Shown: positions 8,146 through 18,376, counted from the stretch's first letter. The stretch is DNA of 64,000 nt from a virus (IMGVR_UViG_3300029288_004137:64001-128000), one strand, 5' to 3'. Program-made: numbers and translations. The notes: a model not told the origin generated them from the letters alone.

Positions 8146-9378
8146 TTAACGTGGTGGTACATCATCGCTTAGCATCATACTGCCTATCGCACCACCTATA
8201 CATTTAATAGTATAACTGTCCAAATCTTTTTCAGCATTTCCACGAATATCATACTCTCTGAAAATATATTTATTCAACTTCCTGTTTTCACATGGTTTTT
8301 CATTTAATATTCTTTCATATTTTGGTTCTATCAAATTCCATATTAACTTTGAAAAATTGTGTTTATCATAAATATTAAACAATATTCCTTTGTATTTTGA
8401 TTTAACAGCATACAAAGCAAATTCTTTTTTATCATTTATATCAGAAACTTTTTGAATGATATCATTGAATTCTTTTTTAACTTCACAAAGAATATCATTA
8501 TATCTTGCTATCAAATCATCTTTCGTTTTTTCAAACCAAGTATATGATTCTTCTGGGAGATTCTTCTTTAATTCTTCCAAAGAAGAATTGTTTCTGAGAC
8601 ATTCCCAGATAACTTTATTTGAAAAATTATAAGCAATTCGATGAAGTCTTACATACTCATCGAATTTTAATTTTATTCGATAGTTATCTTCAAATTTAAG
8701 AACAAATCCCTCTTTGTTTTTTGTTTCAAATTTCTTCAAATCTTTTATATCATTAACTAATTCTGAAAAATCAAAACGATTAACAACTGAAAAGATGCAA
8801 GGAACCTCTTTAAAGAGTCCTGAATAAGATTCTTCTTTTCCTGTTTTAACATCGATTATAGAAAGAAGAATTAAATCTTCTATATCCCCATAATTTACAA
8901 CAATTCTATTTGTAGGATGAATTAATTCAAAACAATATGTTTTTCCTTCTTTAATAAAATCAAACGTTTCATTTATTTTTCTTTCAAAGATTTCTTTTGC
9001 AAGTAAAGCTTGCGAAGAAAAGAATGTTCCTCTTGTAGAAATAATGTTCTTTCCATTGTATTTAAAGATTTCAATAAAAGAACCGTCAATCTTTTCATAT
9101 ACTTCGTATTTCATGTGAGAATACTTATCGATAGATTCCTTTGATAATTCTTCATAATTAAAGAATTTCTTAAAAGGACGAGAAACAATATTCCCTTTGT
9201 TATCAATTACTAATCCTCGACAAGACTCAGTATATAAATCCCAAGATCTTGAATATGAAGCTTCATTTGTATAATTCAATATCAAAAGATCTTCAGTATC
9301 GTGCTTAACAATTGATATAAGTTTATCTTTATTATATTGTTCTATTAAATCTAAATCTATCTTATCTAAAAAAGACAT
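8146..9378 (-). CDS. RNA ligase 1 (T4 RnlA-like) with foreign C-terminal extension
   Basis: CRGLV, PFKKFFN, EKIDGS (motif I), EGFV, RIKLK. Confidence 0.9.
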   Translation of the reverse strand: MSFLDKIDLDLIEQYNKDKLISIVKHDTEDLLILNYTNEASYSRSWDLYTESCRGLVIDNKGNIVSRPFKKFFNYEELSKESIDKYSHMKYEVYEKIDGSFIEIFKYNGKNIISTRGTFFSSQALLAKEIFERKINETFDFIKEGKTYCFELIHPTNRIVVNYGDIEDLILLSIIDVKTGKEESYSGLFKEVPCIFSVVNRFDFSELVNDIKDLKKFETKNKEGFVLKFEDNYRIKLKFDEYVRLHRIAYNFSNKVIWECLRNNSSLEELKKNLPEESYTWFEKTKDDLIARYNDILCEVKKEFNDIIQKVSDINDKKEFALYAVKSKYKGILFNIYDKHNFSKLIWNLIEPKYERILNEKPCENRKLNKYIFREYDIRGNAEKDLDSYTIKCIGGAIGSMMLSDDVPPR

Positions 9379-9404
9379 TCTTGTTCCTTTTTTTATTTTA
9401 CGCC

Positions 9405-10397
9405 TTTAGCATACCACAGAAATATAATTTTGTCAAGCGCAAAATATTTCAATTTTCTTTATTGATTGCTTTCTTTTTGTTTTTCAAGTCTTTGTGAATA
9501 TTCTACTAATTCTTTTTCTGTCATTAATTCAAATTGATATCCATTATCTTTTGCATATTGTTTATATGCTTCAACTTTATCTCGTTCTTTTGAAAATTCT
9601 TTTAATCTTCCTTGTGATTTTATTTCTACAAGTTTAATTATACCATCTTTCATTGTTATTAACAAATCTGGGACTGTATAACAGTCTATGCCTTTATATA
9701 CAAATGGTATTGTTATACTTTCTGATAAGAAAGATTCAACATCAGGATCTTTTTCAATCAATTGAAGATATAAAAGTTCATAAGATGAACGATAATAAAC
9801 TTCTTTAATACATTTCTTAGATTTAAAATAACCTTTTTTAAAACAGTTTTTGCCGGAAAACATTCCAGGATTTTCCTGCATTTTTTTACACATAACAAGA
9901 GATAGTTTTGACTTTGTTTCTGGAGTGTGATGACGTTGAGGTACTCTATTCCCAGATAAAATATCAAAACGATACACTTCAATTCGTTTTATTATTTTTT
10001 CTTTGTTTTTTAATCGATATTCATTTTGATATTCATTTTGATATTCATTTATTTTTTCTTTGTTTTTTAATCGATATGCTTTCTTTTGTTCTTTGTTTTT
10101 TTCATACCATTCTTTTTGATATTCTTTCTTTTGTTCTTTGTTTTTTTCATACCATTCTTTTTGATATTCTTTCCTTTTTTCTTTTATTTCTTCTTTGTTC
10201 TTTTGATAATATGCTTTCTTTTTTTCTTTGTTCTTTTGATAATATGCTTTATTATATGCTTTCTTTTTTTGTTTTTTTATTTCTTTTTCAGAAAGAGATT
10301 CAACATTATCATTCGACATTGCTTTTCCTTTCGATTTTTAATTCTACATATTTAGCATACCACAGAAATATAATTTTGTCAAGCGCAAAATATTTCA
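9405..10397. repeat. 47-bp direct repeats (9405-9451, 10351-10397), each containing a promoter, flanking an endonuclease gene
   Basis: tttagcataccacagaaatataattttgtcaagcgcaaaatatttca identical at both sites. Confidence 0.9.
9459..10319 (-). CDS. Putative homing endonuclease, TnsA-like PD-(D/E)xK domain
   Basis: K/E/Y helical repeats, NUMOD3-like HTPETKSKLS, YRSSYE...PDLL...VEIK. Confidence 0.75.
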   Translation of the reverse strand: MSNDNVESLSEKEIKKQKKKAYNKAYYQKNKEKKKAYYQKNKEEIKEKRKEYQKEWYEKNKEQKKEYQKEWYEKNKEQKKAYRLKNKEKINEYQNEYQNEYRLKNKEKIIKRIEVYRFDILSGNRVPQRHHTPETKSKLSLVMCKKMQENPGMFSGKNCFKKGYFKSKKCIKEVYYRSSYELLYLQLIEKDPDVESFLSESITIPFVYKGIDCYTVPDLLITMKDGIIKLVEIKSQGRLKEFSKERDKVEAYKQYAKDNGYQFELMTEKELVEYSQRLEKQKESNQ

Positions 10398-10428
10398 GTT
10401 TCTTTGATTTTCTTAATAAAAAAAGCAC

Positions 10429-10457
10429 TTGACAAAAAAAAATCTTTATGGTATGAT
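10429..10457 (+). promoter_or_regulatory. sigma70 promoter, divergent from 10351-10397
   Basis: TTGACA-17-TATGAT with extended -10 TG. Confidence 0.85.
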
Positions 10458-10587
10458 ACGAATAGTATTAAAAATAGAGAGGAAACAATGAAAGTAGAAT
10501 TTCAAATCATAATAATAATACTTATAGTGTTTTTTATGAATCTTATTAATAATAATGAACAATAACAATTATTAAAGGAAAATATAA

Positions 10588-11595
10588 ATGAAATTTTCAC
10601 ATTTTTCTGATATTGAAAACTCTTATAACCTTAAATTTGTTGAAAAAATTGATAAGTCTGGAGTATGGTGCGTTACTGAAAAGATTCACGGAGCTAATGC
10701 TTCTCTTTGGTATTCCTCTGAGAATGATGAATTCCGTGTAGGAAAAAGATCATCTTTTATTGATGAAAGTAATTTCTTTGGTATCAATAAGTTTTCTAAT
10801 ACTTCTCTTAAAGAGATTACTATTAATCTTTTTAACCATATTAAAAACAATTTTAATTCTGAGATTAAAGATCTTGTTATCTATGGAGAATGGTTCGGCG
10901 GATATTATAATTGTGATGGAGTATCTGTAAAAGGATCAAGAGTACAAACGGGCGTATCTTATTCACCTAATAACCATTTTTATGCTTTCTATATGAAAAT
11001 TAATGATGTTCCTGTTTCAAGAAAAGATTTCTCTGAAATCTTTAAGGATTTTGATAATAAGAATAATATATTCTTTGATTCTAAAATCCTTTTTAAAGGG
11101 ACATTTAATGAGTGCATGGAATATCCTAATGATCAGAATAGTTTTATTCCTGATATGTTTAATTTGCCTAAACTACCAAAGAATATAATGGAAGGTGTGG
11201 TTATAGAACCATATGATACGATTAAATTTACTCCCAATAATGAAAGAGTTGTTCTAAAGAATAAGAATAATCTTTTTAATGAGAAGAAAAATAGGACAGG
11301 TAAAACTTATAAAGATACTATTCTCAGTGAAAATGCAATTAGTTATTTAGAGAATATTGATTGTTATATAACAGAACAAAGAGTTGAAAATCTTTATTCA
11401 AAATTGGGTGAAGAAATGTGCTTTAAGAATTTTTCTAGTATTCTTAAAGAGTATGTCGAAGATGTTTTTAAAGATTCTTCGAAAGAAATAAATGATAATG
11501 ATTTTGAACTTAGTAGTCTTGATCAAGAAAATGTTCTTCATGAAGTAAAAAATAAATCATCAAATCTTATTAGAAATTTCTTAAAAACGATTTAA
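10588..11595 (+). CDS. RNA ligase 2 family
   Basis: EKIHGAN (motif I), YGEWFGG, EGVV, LKNKN. Confidence 0.9.
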   Translation: MKFSHFSDIENSYNLKFVEKIDKSGVWCVTEKIHGANASLWYSSENDEFRVGKRSSFIDESNFFGINKFSNTSLKEITINLFNHIKNNFNSEIKDLVIYGEWFGGYYNCDGVSVKGSRVQTGVSYSPNNHFYAFYMKINDVPVSRKDFSEIFKDFDNKNNIFFDSKILFKGTFNECMEYPNDQNSFIPDMFNLPKLPKNIMEGVVIEPYDTIKFTPNNERVVLKNKNNLFNEKKNRTGKTYKDTILSENAISYLENIDCYITEQRVENLYSKLGEEMCFKNFSSILKEYVEDVFKDSSKEINDNDFELSSLDQENVLHEVKNKSSNLIRNFLKTI

Positions 11596-11686
11596 CATCT
11601 TGAATTATTAAGATAAATTTATCTTGATAATTCAAGTTTATTGTGATATTATATATCTATAAAATGTTTAATTTTGGAACAAATAT

Positions 11687-12397
11687 ATGGATCTCTATGA
11701 AACAGTTAGAATTGGCAATTTTCAACAAGTTAAATATTTTATTGAAAATAGCACTGATAATCATGAGATAAATGTAAAGGTATTATTACATTTAGCAACA
11801 GTAAATGGCCATCTTGATATCGTCAAATATCTTATTGAACGATATCAAGATATTGATATTTATGCTAATAATGATATTGCTTTACATCTTGCAGCACAAA
11901 ATAACCATTTTGATATTATTAAATATTTCGTTGAAAAAAAAGTAAATGCTAATACTTTAAATGGTTCTATTTTAGCATATGCAGTACAATATAATTGTAT
12001 GCATATGATCATATATTTAATTGAAAAAGGTGCTAATATTCATGCTTTAAATGAAATTGCTTTAAAAGCAGCAGTAACATTTAATCATTTTGATATTGTT
12101 AAGTATCTTATTGAACATGGTGCTGATATTCATATTGAAAATGATTATGTTTTAAGACTTGCCGTAAGAAAAGGTTTGATAGATATTGTTAAATACCTCA
12201 TTAAATGTGGTGCAGATATACGTGCTGATAATAATCGTGCTTTACGATGGGGACTTAAATACCAAATAAAGTATAATAACAAATTTAATATTGTCAAATA
12301 TTTAATTTCTTGTTATAATAAAGAAGAATTAAAAGAATTGTTTTTTAAATTTGATGATCTTTATATAAAGTATTTAATTTTGGAGCAAAGTATATGA
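11687..12397 (+). CDS. Ankyrin-repeat protein
   Basis: About six ANK repeats plus conserved tail. Confidence 0.92.
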   Translation: MDLYETVRIGNFQQVKYFIENSTDNHEINVKVLLHLATVNGHLDIVKYLIERYQDIDIYANNDIALHLAAQNNHFDIIKYFVEKKVNANTLNGSILAYAVQYNCMHMIIYLIEKGANIHALNEIALKAAVTFNHFDIVKYLIEHGADIHIENDYVLRLAVRKGLIDIVKYLIKCGADIRADNNRALRWGLKYQIKYNNKFNIVKYLISCYNKEELKELFFKFDDLYIKYLILEQSI

Positions 12398-12633
12398 ATA
12401 TCTTTGATGCAATAGAAGAAAACAATATTCAGTCTGTTAAAGAATGTATTAAAAGTAGTGCTGATATTCATGCTCATAATGCTTTAAGATGGGCAATAGA
12501 ATTAAATCGTTTTGAAATTATTAAGTATTTAATTTCTTTATATACCTTTTTAGAGTTGAAAATATTGTTTTTTAAAACTAAGGATCTTTATATAAAGTAT
12601 CTAATTTTAGAGCAAGTATATGAATCTTCTTGA
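12394..12633 (+). CDS. Minimal ankyrin protein
   Basis: One to two repeats plus conserved tail. Confidence 0.75.
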   Translation: MNIFDAIEENNIQSVKECIKSSADIHAHNALRWAIELNRFEIIKYLISLYTFLELKILFFKTKDLYIKYLILEQVYESS

Positions 12634-13232
12634 TGAAAGGAAAAATAATGTTTGAAAATGATGAAGATTATGATGCTTTAAAAGAATTCTCATATTATCT
12701 TTATGAAAATAGAGAAAATTGTTCTATTCTTTTTAACATAATTAATACTTATAATGAAAGTCTTTTTAAGAAAAGCAAGAACTTTGAAAACTTTTCAAAG
12801 TCATCATTTATTTGTAAATCTATCAAAACGCTTTTTCCTAAACTTGATTATGTTGATAAAAATGGACTAGATTTCATTTATGACAATAGAATTTTAATTG
12901 AACTAAAAACAAGAAAAGAGATGTTTCAAAAAAAGAAAACAAATCCCATTATTATAAAGAATCTAATTAAAAATCTAAATGAAACAAAAACATTTTCTGT
13001 TCTTTGGATGATTCAAACAGATAAACCGTATAAAATGGGATTAACTACATACACATCTGCAAAAAAATTTAAAAAGTTCTGTTATTCTCGGACTGAGTGT
13101 CAAATTCCTTTTGAATATATCCAATTTATTGAAATTCAAAACGATATTAAACATCTTGAAATTAATATTCAAAAAGAACAAGATGAATTTGAAAACAATT
13201 TAATCAATAAACTGATAAATAGGTTGAAATGA
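12630..13232 (+). CDS. Putative type II restriction endonuclease
   Basis: GLDF...IELKT PD-(D/E)xK-like motif; overlaps the MTase start. Confidence 0.55.
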   Translation: MMKGKIMFENDEDYDALKEFSYYLYENRENCSILFNIINTYNESLFKKSKNFENFSKSSFICKSIKTLFPKLDYVDKNGLDFIYDNRILIELKTRKEMFQKKKTNPIIIKNLIKNLNETKTFSVLWMIQTDKPYKMGLTTYTSAKKFKKFCYSRTECQIPFEYIQFIEIQNDIKHLEINIQKEQDEFENNLINKLINRLK

Positions 13233-14107
13233 ATAAACCAATATGGGCCTTGACTCCTCTTCGATATATAGGAGGAAAAAGTAAGCTTATAAAAAATATG
13301 TATCAATATTTTCCAAAAGATTTTTCTGAATTCAGAGAACCTTTTGTTGGAGGTGGATCTATATTTCTATATTTAAAACAATTATTTCCTGACAGAAAAT
13401 ATTGGATAAACGATATAAATCAAAATCTCTTTTCTTTTTGGATTATTCTTCAAAATTATGATTCAATGCTAAAACTACAAAAAGATCTTTTAAAAATAAA
13501 AGAAGATCTCATGCAAAAGTCTATTGAAGAAAGAAAAGAATTAAATATAAAAATGAAAGATACTTTATATGGTATAGATTCTGAGAATACAAAAAAATTA
13601 GTTCTTTCATATGAAAGAGCAATTGCTTATTATTTCTGCAATAAAACATCTTTCTCAGGATTAGAACAAGGTACTTATTCAGATCAAGCTTTTTATAAGA
13701 ACTTTACAGTATCAAATATAAATAAATTTAATACATATAATAAACTATTAAAAAATGTAGAAATAACAAATATAGATTATAGTCAATTACTTAATGATTC
13801 AATTAAAGATTATGATGAAAATGTTTTCTTTTATTTTGATCCGCCTTATGAATTAAATAAGAAATCATCAAATACTCTTTATGGTAAGGATGGAATACTT
13901 CATAAGTCTTTTGATCATCAAAGATTCTTTTCACTTATTAAAACAATTAATAAAGGAAAATTCTGTATATCATATAACAGTGATTCTTATATAAAAGAAA
14001 GATATAAAGATTATAATCAAATTGAATTAGATTTTCAATATGTTTCTAATTGTGGAAATAAGGGAAAATCAAAAAAAACTAAAGAATTGTTGATCTTTAA
14101 TTATTAA
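13229..14107 (+). CDS. Dam-family N6-adenine DNA methyltransferase
   Basis: PLRYIGGKS, EPFVGGGS, DPPY. Confidence 0.92.
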   Translation: MNKPIWALTPLRYIGGKSKLIKNMYQYFPKDFSEFREPFVGGGSIFLYLKQLFPDRKYWINDINQNLFSFWIILQNYDSMLKLQKDLLKIKEDLMQKSIEERKELNIKMKDTLYGIDSENTKKLVLSYERAIAYYFCNKTSFSGLEQGTYSDQAFYKNFTVSNINKFNTYNKLLKNVEITNIDYSQLLNDSIKDYDENVFFYFDPPYELNKKSSNTLYGKDGILHKSFDHQRFFSLIKTINKGKFCISYNSDSYIKERYKDYNQIELDFQYVSNCGNKGKSKKTKELLIFNY

Positions 14108-14121
14108 AGAAAAAATTAAAC

Positions 14122-14150
14122 TTGACTTTTAAAATTAAATATGATATTCT
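14122..14150 (+). promoter_or_regulatory. sigma70 promoter heading the paralog array
   Basis: TTGACT-17-TATTCT with TG extension. Confidence 0.8.
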
Positions 14151-14170
14151 TTTATTAAAGAAGAAATTAA

Positions 14171-14419
14171 ATGATATTAACTGGCAAAATGTATAAATAT
14201 TTCTACAATAAAAATTACTATTATCTTTATCTTGAAATAGATAGAAATTGGTTTATAAACAACATTCTACCTAATTTACCACAATGTTATAAATGTTTTA
14301 AATGTAATACTGAAAAAGATTGTCTTTTTTTATATAATTGCAAACATAAAATTTTTTGTTGTGTTCCTTCTTATCAAGAAGAATTTAAATTAATAGAAAA
14401 ATTGGATAACATTAAATGA
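14171..14419 (+). CDS. Array family A protein
   Basis: MILTGK..LEIDxNWF..CxxC..CLFLY..C. Confidence 0.85.
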   Translation: MILTGKMYKYFYNKNYYYLYLEIDRNWFINNILPNLPQCYKCFKCNTEKDCLFLYNCKHKIFCCVPSYQEEFKLIEKLDNIK

Positions 14420-14655
14420 TATTAACTGGAAAAATTTATACTTATAAAAATGAAAACAAAACCAATCTTTATCTTGAAATAAATAAAAATTGGTTTTTAA
14501 AAAACCTATTAAAAGATCTTTTTTTTAAATGTCGTGACTGCATAAAAAAGAATAAAGATAATTGTCTTTTTTTGTATTTTTGTAAAAGTAAAAGATTTGA
14601 TTGTTATCCTAAAAATCCAAAATTTAAATTAATAGAAAATAATATTGTTGGATAA
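14416..14655 (+). CDS. Array family A protein
   Basis: Family A motif set. Confidence 0.85.
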   Translation: MILTGKIYTYKNENKTNLYLEINKNWFLKNLLKDLFFKCRDCIKKNKDNCLFLYFCKSKRFDCYPKNPKFKLIENNIVG

Positions 14656-14662
14656 CATTTAA

Positions 14663-14941
14663 ATGATATTAACTGGAAAAATGTATACTTATAAACCAAA
14701 AATATATATTTATAAATCAAATGAAAATGAAAATAATGTTTATTTTCATCTTGAAATAGATAAAAATTGGTTTATAACCAATATTTTGTCTAATATACCA
14801 CAATGTTCTAATTGTAATAATATAAATAAAAATAGTTGTCTTTTTTTATATTCTTGTAAATTTAAAAATTTTTTTTGTGTTCCTCTTGTTTCTCTTTCTC
14901 AAGAAAATTTTAAATTAATAAAAAAATTAGGTAGTAATTAA
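14663..14941 (+). CDS. Array family A protein
   Basis: Family A motif set. Confidence 0.85.
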   Translation: MILTGKMYTYKPKIYIYKSNENENNVYFHLEIDKNWFITNILSNIPQCSNCNNINKNSCLFLYSCKFKNFFCVPLVSLSQENFKLIKKLGSN

Positions 14942-15244
14942 ATGATATTAACTGGCAGAATGTATATATACCATTCAAATCTTTATAATTATTACTCTTC
15001 TTTTCCTACTGATGATATGTATGTTTCTCTTTATCTTGAAATAGATAAAAATTGGTTTATAAAAAATATATTGAATTTGAATTATGTTCGTACTCATTTT
15101 GTGTGTAGTGACTGTACTACAAAAAGAAACAAAAGTAACTGCTTTTTTTTATATAGAATTAAATCTAAAAAATTTGTTTGTTATCCTGAAGATACAAAAA
15201 TCAAATTTGAATTAATGAAAAATACTATTTTGGATAACATTTAA
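14942..15244 (+). CDS. Array family A protein
   Basis: Family A motif set. Confidence 0.85.
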   Translation: MILTGRMYIYHSNLYNYYSSFPTDDMYVSLYLEIDKNWFIKNILNLNYVRTHFVCSDCTTKRNKSNCFFLYRIKSKKFVCYPEDTKIKFELMKNTILDNI

Positions 15245-15481
15245 ATGATATTAACTGGTAAAATGTATACTTTTCAAGATAACTATCTTTATCTTGAAAT
15301 AGATAAAAATTGGTTTATCAAAAACGTATTAAAAGATCTTTATCTGTGTGGTGACTGCATAAAAAAGAATAAAGATAATTGTCTTTTTTTATATTCTTGT
15401 AGATTTAAATATTTTCATTGTACTCAACTTTCCTTCTGCTATGAAATAAAATTAATAGAAAAATTGGATAACATTAAATGA
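15245..15481 (+). CDS. Array family A protein
   Basis: Family A motif set. Confidence 0.85.
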   Translation: MILTGKMYTFQDNYLYLEIDKNWFIKNVLKDLYLCGDCIKKNKDNCLFLYSCRFKYFHCTQLSFCYEIKLIEKLDNIK

Positions 15482-15726
15482 TATTAACTGGAAAAATGTA
15501 TGTTTATAAACAAAGTGAAAATAATGTTTATTTTCATCTTGAAATAGATAAAAATTGGTTTATAACCAATATTTTGTCTAATATACCACAATGTTTTAAT
15601 TGTAATAATGTAAATAAAAACAGTTGTCTTTTTTTATATTCTTGCTTATATAAAGATTTTCATTGTACTAACGTTCCTTCTATTATGGAATATAAATTAA
15701 TAGAAAAATTGGATAACACTAAATGA
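15478..15726 (+). CDS. Array family A protein
   Basis: Family A motif set. Confidence 0.85.
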   Translation: MILTGKMYVYKQSENNVYFHLEIDKNWFITNILSNIPQCFNCNNVNKNSCLFLYSCLYKDFHCTNVPSIMEYKLIEKLDNTK

Positions 15727-16067
15727 TATTAACTGGAAAAATGTATGCTGCTGAGTATCCAATTTTATTCTCTCTTATTAAAGATGTGCATTTATGTATA
15801 TGCCTTGAAATAGATACAGATTGGTTTAGAAAAAATTTATTAAATAAAAATCCAGCATGTCAATTTAATAAATGTGAACATTGTAGTATTTATAATTTAG
15901 GCAAAAAATGTTTGTTTCTTTATAATATACAACATAAAAGATTTTATTGGTATTATCCTAAACATTTTAATTGCTTTGAGAAATATTATTATAATAGTGA
16001 AGACATAAAATCTAATTTATCTGATCTTCTTCTTCTTCCTACTGTTTATATAAAGGAAATTAAATAA
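15723..16067 (+). CDS. Array family A protein (divergent, longer)
   Basis: Family A motif set. Confidence 0.8.
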   Translation: MILTGKMYAAEYPILFSLIKDVHLCICLEIDTDWFRKNLLNKNPACQFNKCEHCSIYNLGKKCLFLYNIQHKRFYWYYPKHFNCFEKYYYNSEDIKSNLSDLLLLPTVYIKEIK

Positions 16068-16336
16068 TGATATTAACTGGCAAAATGTATAAAAAATGTT
16101 TCTACGATAATACAAACCATATTCCTCTTTATTTTGAAATAGATAAAGATTGGTTTTATAAAAATGCATTACCAAATATTATTGCATGTTATAATTGCGA
16201 TGAAGATTGCAATAAATATAAAGAAAAAGAAAAAGATTGTCTTTTTTTGTATTCTTTTGATTCTAAACGTTTTAATTGTGTTCACTATCCTTCTACTCTG
16301 CAATTTAAATTAATAGAAAAATTGGATAACATTTAA
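16067..16336 (+). CDS. Array family A protein
   Basis: Family A motif set. Confidence 0.85.
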   Translation: MILTGKMYKKCFYDNTNHIPLYFEIDKDWFYKNALPNIIACYNCDEDCNKYKEKEKDCLFLYSFDSKRFNCVHYPSTLQFKLIEKLDNI

Positions 16337-16588
16337 ATGATATTAACTGGTAAAATGTACGCTTATAAACAAAGTAAAAATTATGTTTATTTTTGTCTTG
16401 AAATAGATAAAAATTGGTTTATTACAAATATTTTACCTGATTTACCACGTCATTGTTTTGATTGTTTTAATACAGATAAAAATAATTGTCTTTTTTTGTA
16501 TTTTTGTAGTTATAAAAAATTTAATTGTTTTCAAAAAAAAAGTAATTGTTTTAAAGAAATGGTTTGTTCTAAAAAGAGTAAAAATTAA
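16337..16588 (+). CDS. Array family A protein
   Basis: Family A motif set. Confidence 0.85.
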   Translation: MILTGKMYAYKQSKNYVYFCLEIDKNWFITNILPDLPRHCFDCFNTDKNNCLFLYFCSYKKFNCFQKKSNCFKEMVCSKKSKN

Positions 16589-16828
16589 ATGGTATTAACT
16601 GGCAAAATATATACTTATAAACCAAGTGAAAATGATGTTTATTTCCATCTTGAAATAGATAAAAACTGGTTTATAAATAACATTTTGCCTAATTTATTAC
16701 TATGCTATAAATGTAATACTGAAAATAGTTGTCTTTTTTTATATAATTGTGAATTTAAAAGTTTTTATTGTGTTCCTCTTGTTTCTCAAGAAAAATTTAA
16801 ATTAATAGAAAATAATATTGTTGGATAA
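16589..16828 (+). CDS. Array family A protein
   Basis: Family A motif set. Confidence 0.85.
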   Translation: MVLTGKIYTYKPSENDVYFHLEIDKNWFINNILPNLLLCYKCNTENSCLFLYNCEFKSFYCVPLVSQEKFKLIENNIVG

Positions 16829-16835
16829 CATTTAA

Positions 16836-17084
16836 ATGATATTAACTGGCAAAATATACACTTATAAAAATGATAAAAATAATGTTTATTTCCATCTTGA
16901 AATAGATAAAAACTGGTTTATAAATAACATTTTGTCTAATATACCACAATGTTTTGATTGCAATAATGTAAATAAAAATAGTTGTCTTTTTTTATATTCT
17001 TGCTTATATAAAGAATTTCATTGTACTCACTTTCCTTCTACTATGGAATATAAATTAATAGAAAAATTGGATAACATTAAATGA
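16836..17084 (+). CDS. Array family A protein
   Basis: Family A motif set. Confidence 0.85.
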   Translation: MILTGKIYTYKNDKNNVYFHLEIDKNWFINNILSNIPQCFDCNNVNKNSCLFLYSCLYKEFHCTHFPSTMEYKLIEKLDNIK

Positions 17085-17308
17085 TATTAACTGGAAAAAT
17101 TTATACTTATAAAAATGAAAACAAAACCAATCTTTATCTTGAAATAGATAAAAATTGGTTTATAAATAATATTTTGCCTAATTTATTACTATGCTATAAA
17201 TGTAATACTGAAAATAATTGTCTTTTTTTATATAATTGCATGTTTAAAATTTTTTGTTGTGTTCCTCTTGTTTCTCAAGAAGAATTTAAATTAATAGAAA
17301 ACATATAA
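17081..17308 (+). CDS. Array family A protein
   Basis: Family A motif set. Confidence 0.85.
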   Translation: MILTGKIYTYKNENKTNLYLEIDKNWFINNILPNLLLCYKCNTENNCLFLYNCMFKIFCCVPLVSQEEFKLIENI

Positions 17309-17324
17309 TATTGGATAAAATCTA

Positions 17325-17624
17325 ATGTCTATTATAGATAAAATACATAAAAAAATAATGATAAAATTTAAAAAAGGAAATCTATTTTTTGATAACTTTT
17401 TTAAAAGATTCTTTATAGTAGTAGATATCTGTGATAAAAAACACAAATTATCTTATCGACATTGTAAAAAATGTAATAAAAACTATGCTCTTCCAAATGC
17501 TAAATGTTATTTATCGTATTATTTTAATAAAAATGATTCATATTTTCGTTGTAATACTGAACTCTATCTTTTAAAAACTTTTAAAAAAAATAAATTAAAA
17601 AATGAAAACAATTCTCACAGGTAA
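17325..17624 (+). CDS. Array family C protein
   Basis: FKKGNLFFD..FIVVDIC..CxxC..YL.Y..C. Confidence 0.8.
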   Translation: MSIIDKIHKKIMIKFKKGNLFFDNFFKRFFIVVDICDKKHKLSYRHCKKCNKNYALPNAKCYLSYYFNKNDSYFRCNTELYLLKTFKKNKLKNENNSHR

Positions 17625-17853
17625 CATATATAAAGATTTTTTTGTTGTTCCACATCTTTATCTTGAAATAAATAAAAACTGGTTTATAAAAAATAAGTTA
17701 AATTTGGATAGGATTGGTATAGAAAATATATTTGATGAATATTGCGAAAATTGTAATGCCACTTTTAAAGGTGATTGTTTATTTTTATATGGTATTAAAT
17801 CTAAAACATTCTTTTGTGATAAAAAATCATTTTATGATAAAATTGGAGTATAA
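17602..17853 (+). CDS. Array family A protein (divergent)
   Basis: ILTGNIY..LEINKNWF..CxxC..CLFLY. Confidence 0.8.
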   Translation: MKTILTGNIYKDFFVVPHLYLEINKNWFIKNKLNLDRIGIENIFDEYCENCNATFKGDCLFLYGIKSKTFFCDKKSFYDKIGV

Positions 17854-17859
17854 AATTAA

Positions 17860-18114
17860 ATGATTCTTACAGGTAAAATGTATAAAAGCGAATCAAAATA
17901 TTTTGATTCATCAATATCAAAAATTTATCTTGAAATAGATAAAAATTGGTTTATGGATAATATTATAATTAAATATGAATATGCTACGTGTTTTAATTGT
18001 GTTCGACTTAATAATCAATGCTTATTTCTATATGATTTACAAGACAAGAAATTTTTATGTGAAAAACCACAACTTCAATATTTTTATAATGAAATAATAC
18101 AAAAAAATGATTAA
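17860..18114 (+). CDS. Array family A protein (divergent)
   Basis: Family A motif set. Confidence 0.8.
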   Translation: MILTGKMYKSESKYFDSSISKIYLEIDKNWFMDNIIIKYEYATCFNCVRLNNQCLFLYDLQDKKFLCEKPQLQYFYNEIIQKND

Positions 18115-18370
18115 TAAAAACAATTATAAATTAGAATATTATGAAAATCTTGGATTTGTTATAAATATAACAGATCAATATAAAGATGTTCCTACAAAAG
18201 AAATAAAAAAAATATGTGAAAATAGATTTTTTAATATGAAGCATCCAGATTATGGATCAATCTACCATTGCAGAGAATGTTATTTAGGAAATGGATTCTT
18301 ACTTGCCTATAGTTTTTTACTTGATAAAATAATATGTTTATGTGTTTTGATAAAACTGATGAAAGACTAG
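18107..18370 (+). CDS. Array family B protein
   Basis: KLEYYENLGF.I.ITDQYK..IC..C..C..YSF..C. Confidence 0.8.
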   Translation: MINKNNYKLEYYENLGFVINITDQYKDVPTKEIKKICENRFFNMKHPDYGSIYHCRECYLGNGFLLAYSFLLDKIICLCVLIKLMKD

Positions 18371-18376
18371 ATATAA

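Noticed and set aside
9908-10432. Hydrophobic plus-strand ORFs resembling membrane proteins
   Set aside because: Antisense reading of the Lys/Glu repeat region
14380-17320. CRISPR array suggested by recurring 30-40 bp repeats
   Set aside because: The period is about 230-340 bp, the repeats encode conserved protein motifs and gene junctions, and no cas genes are present
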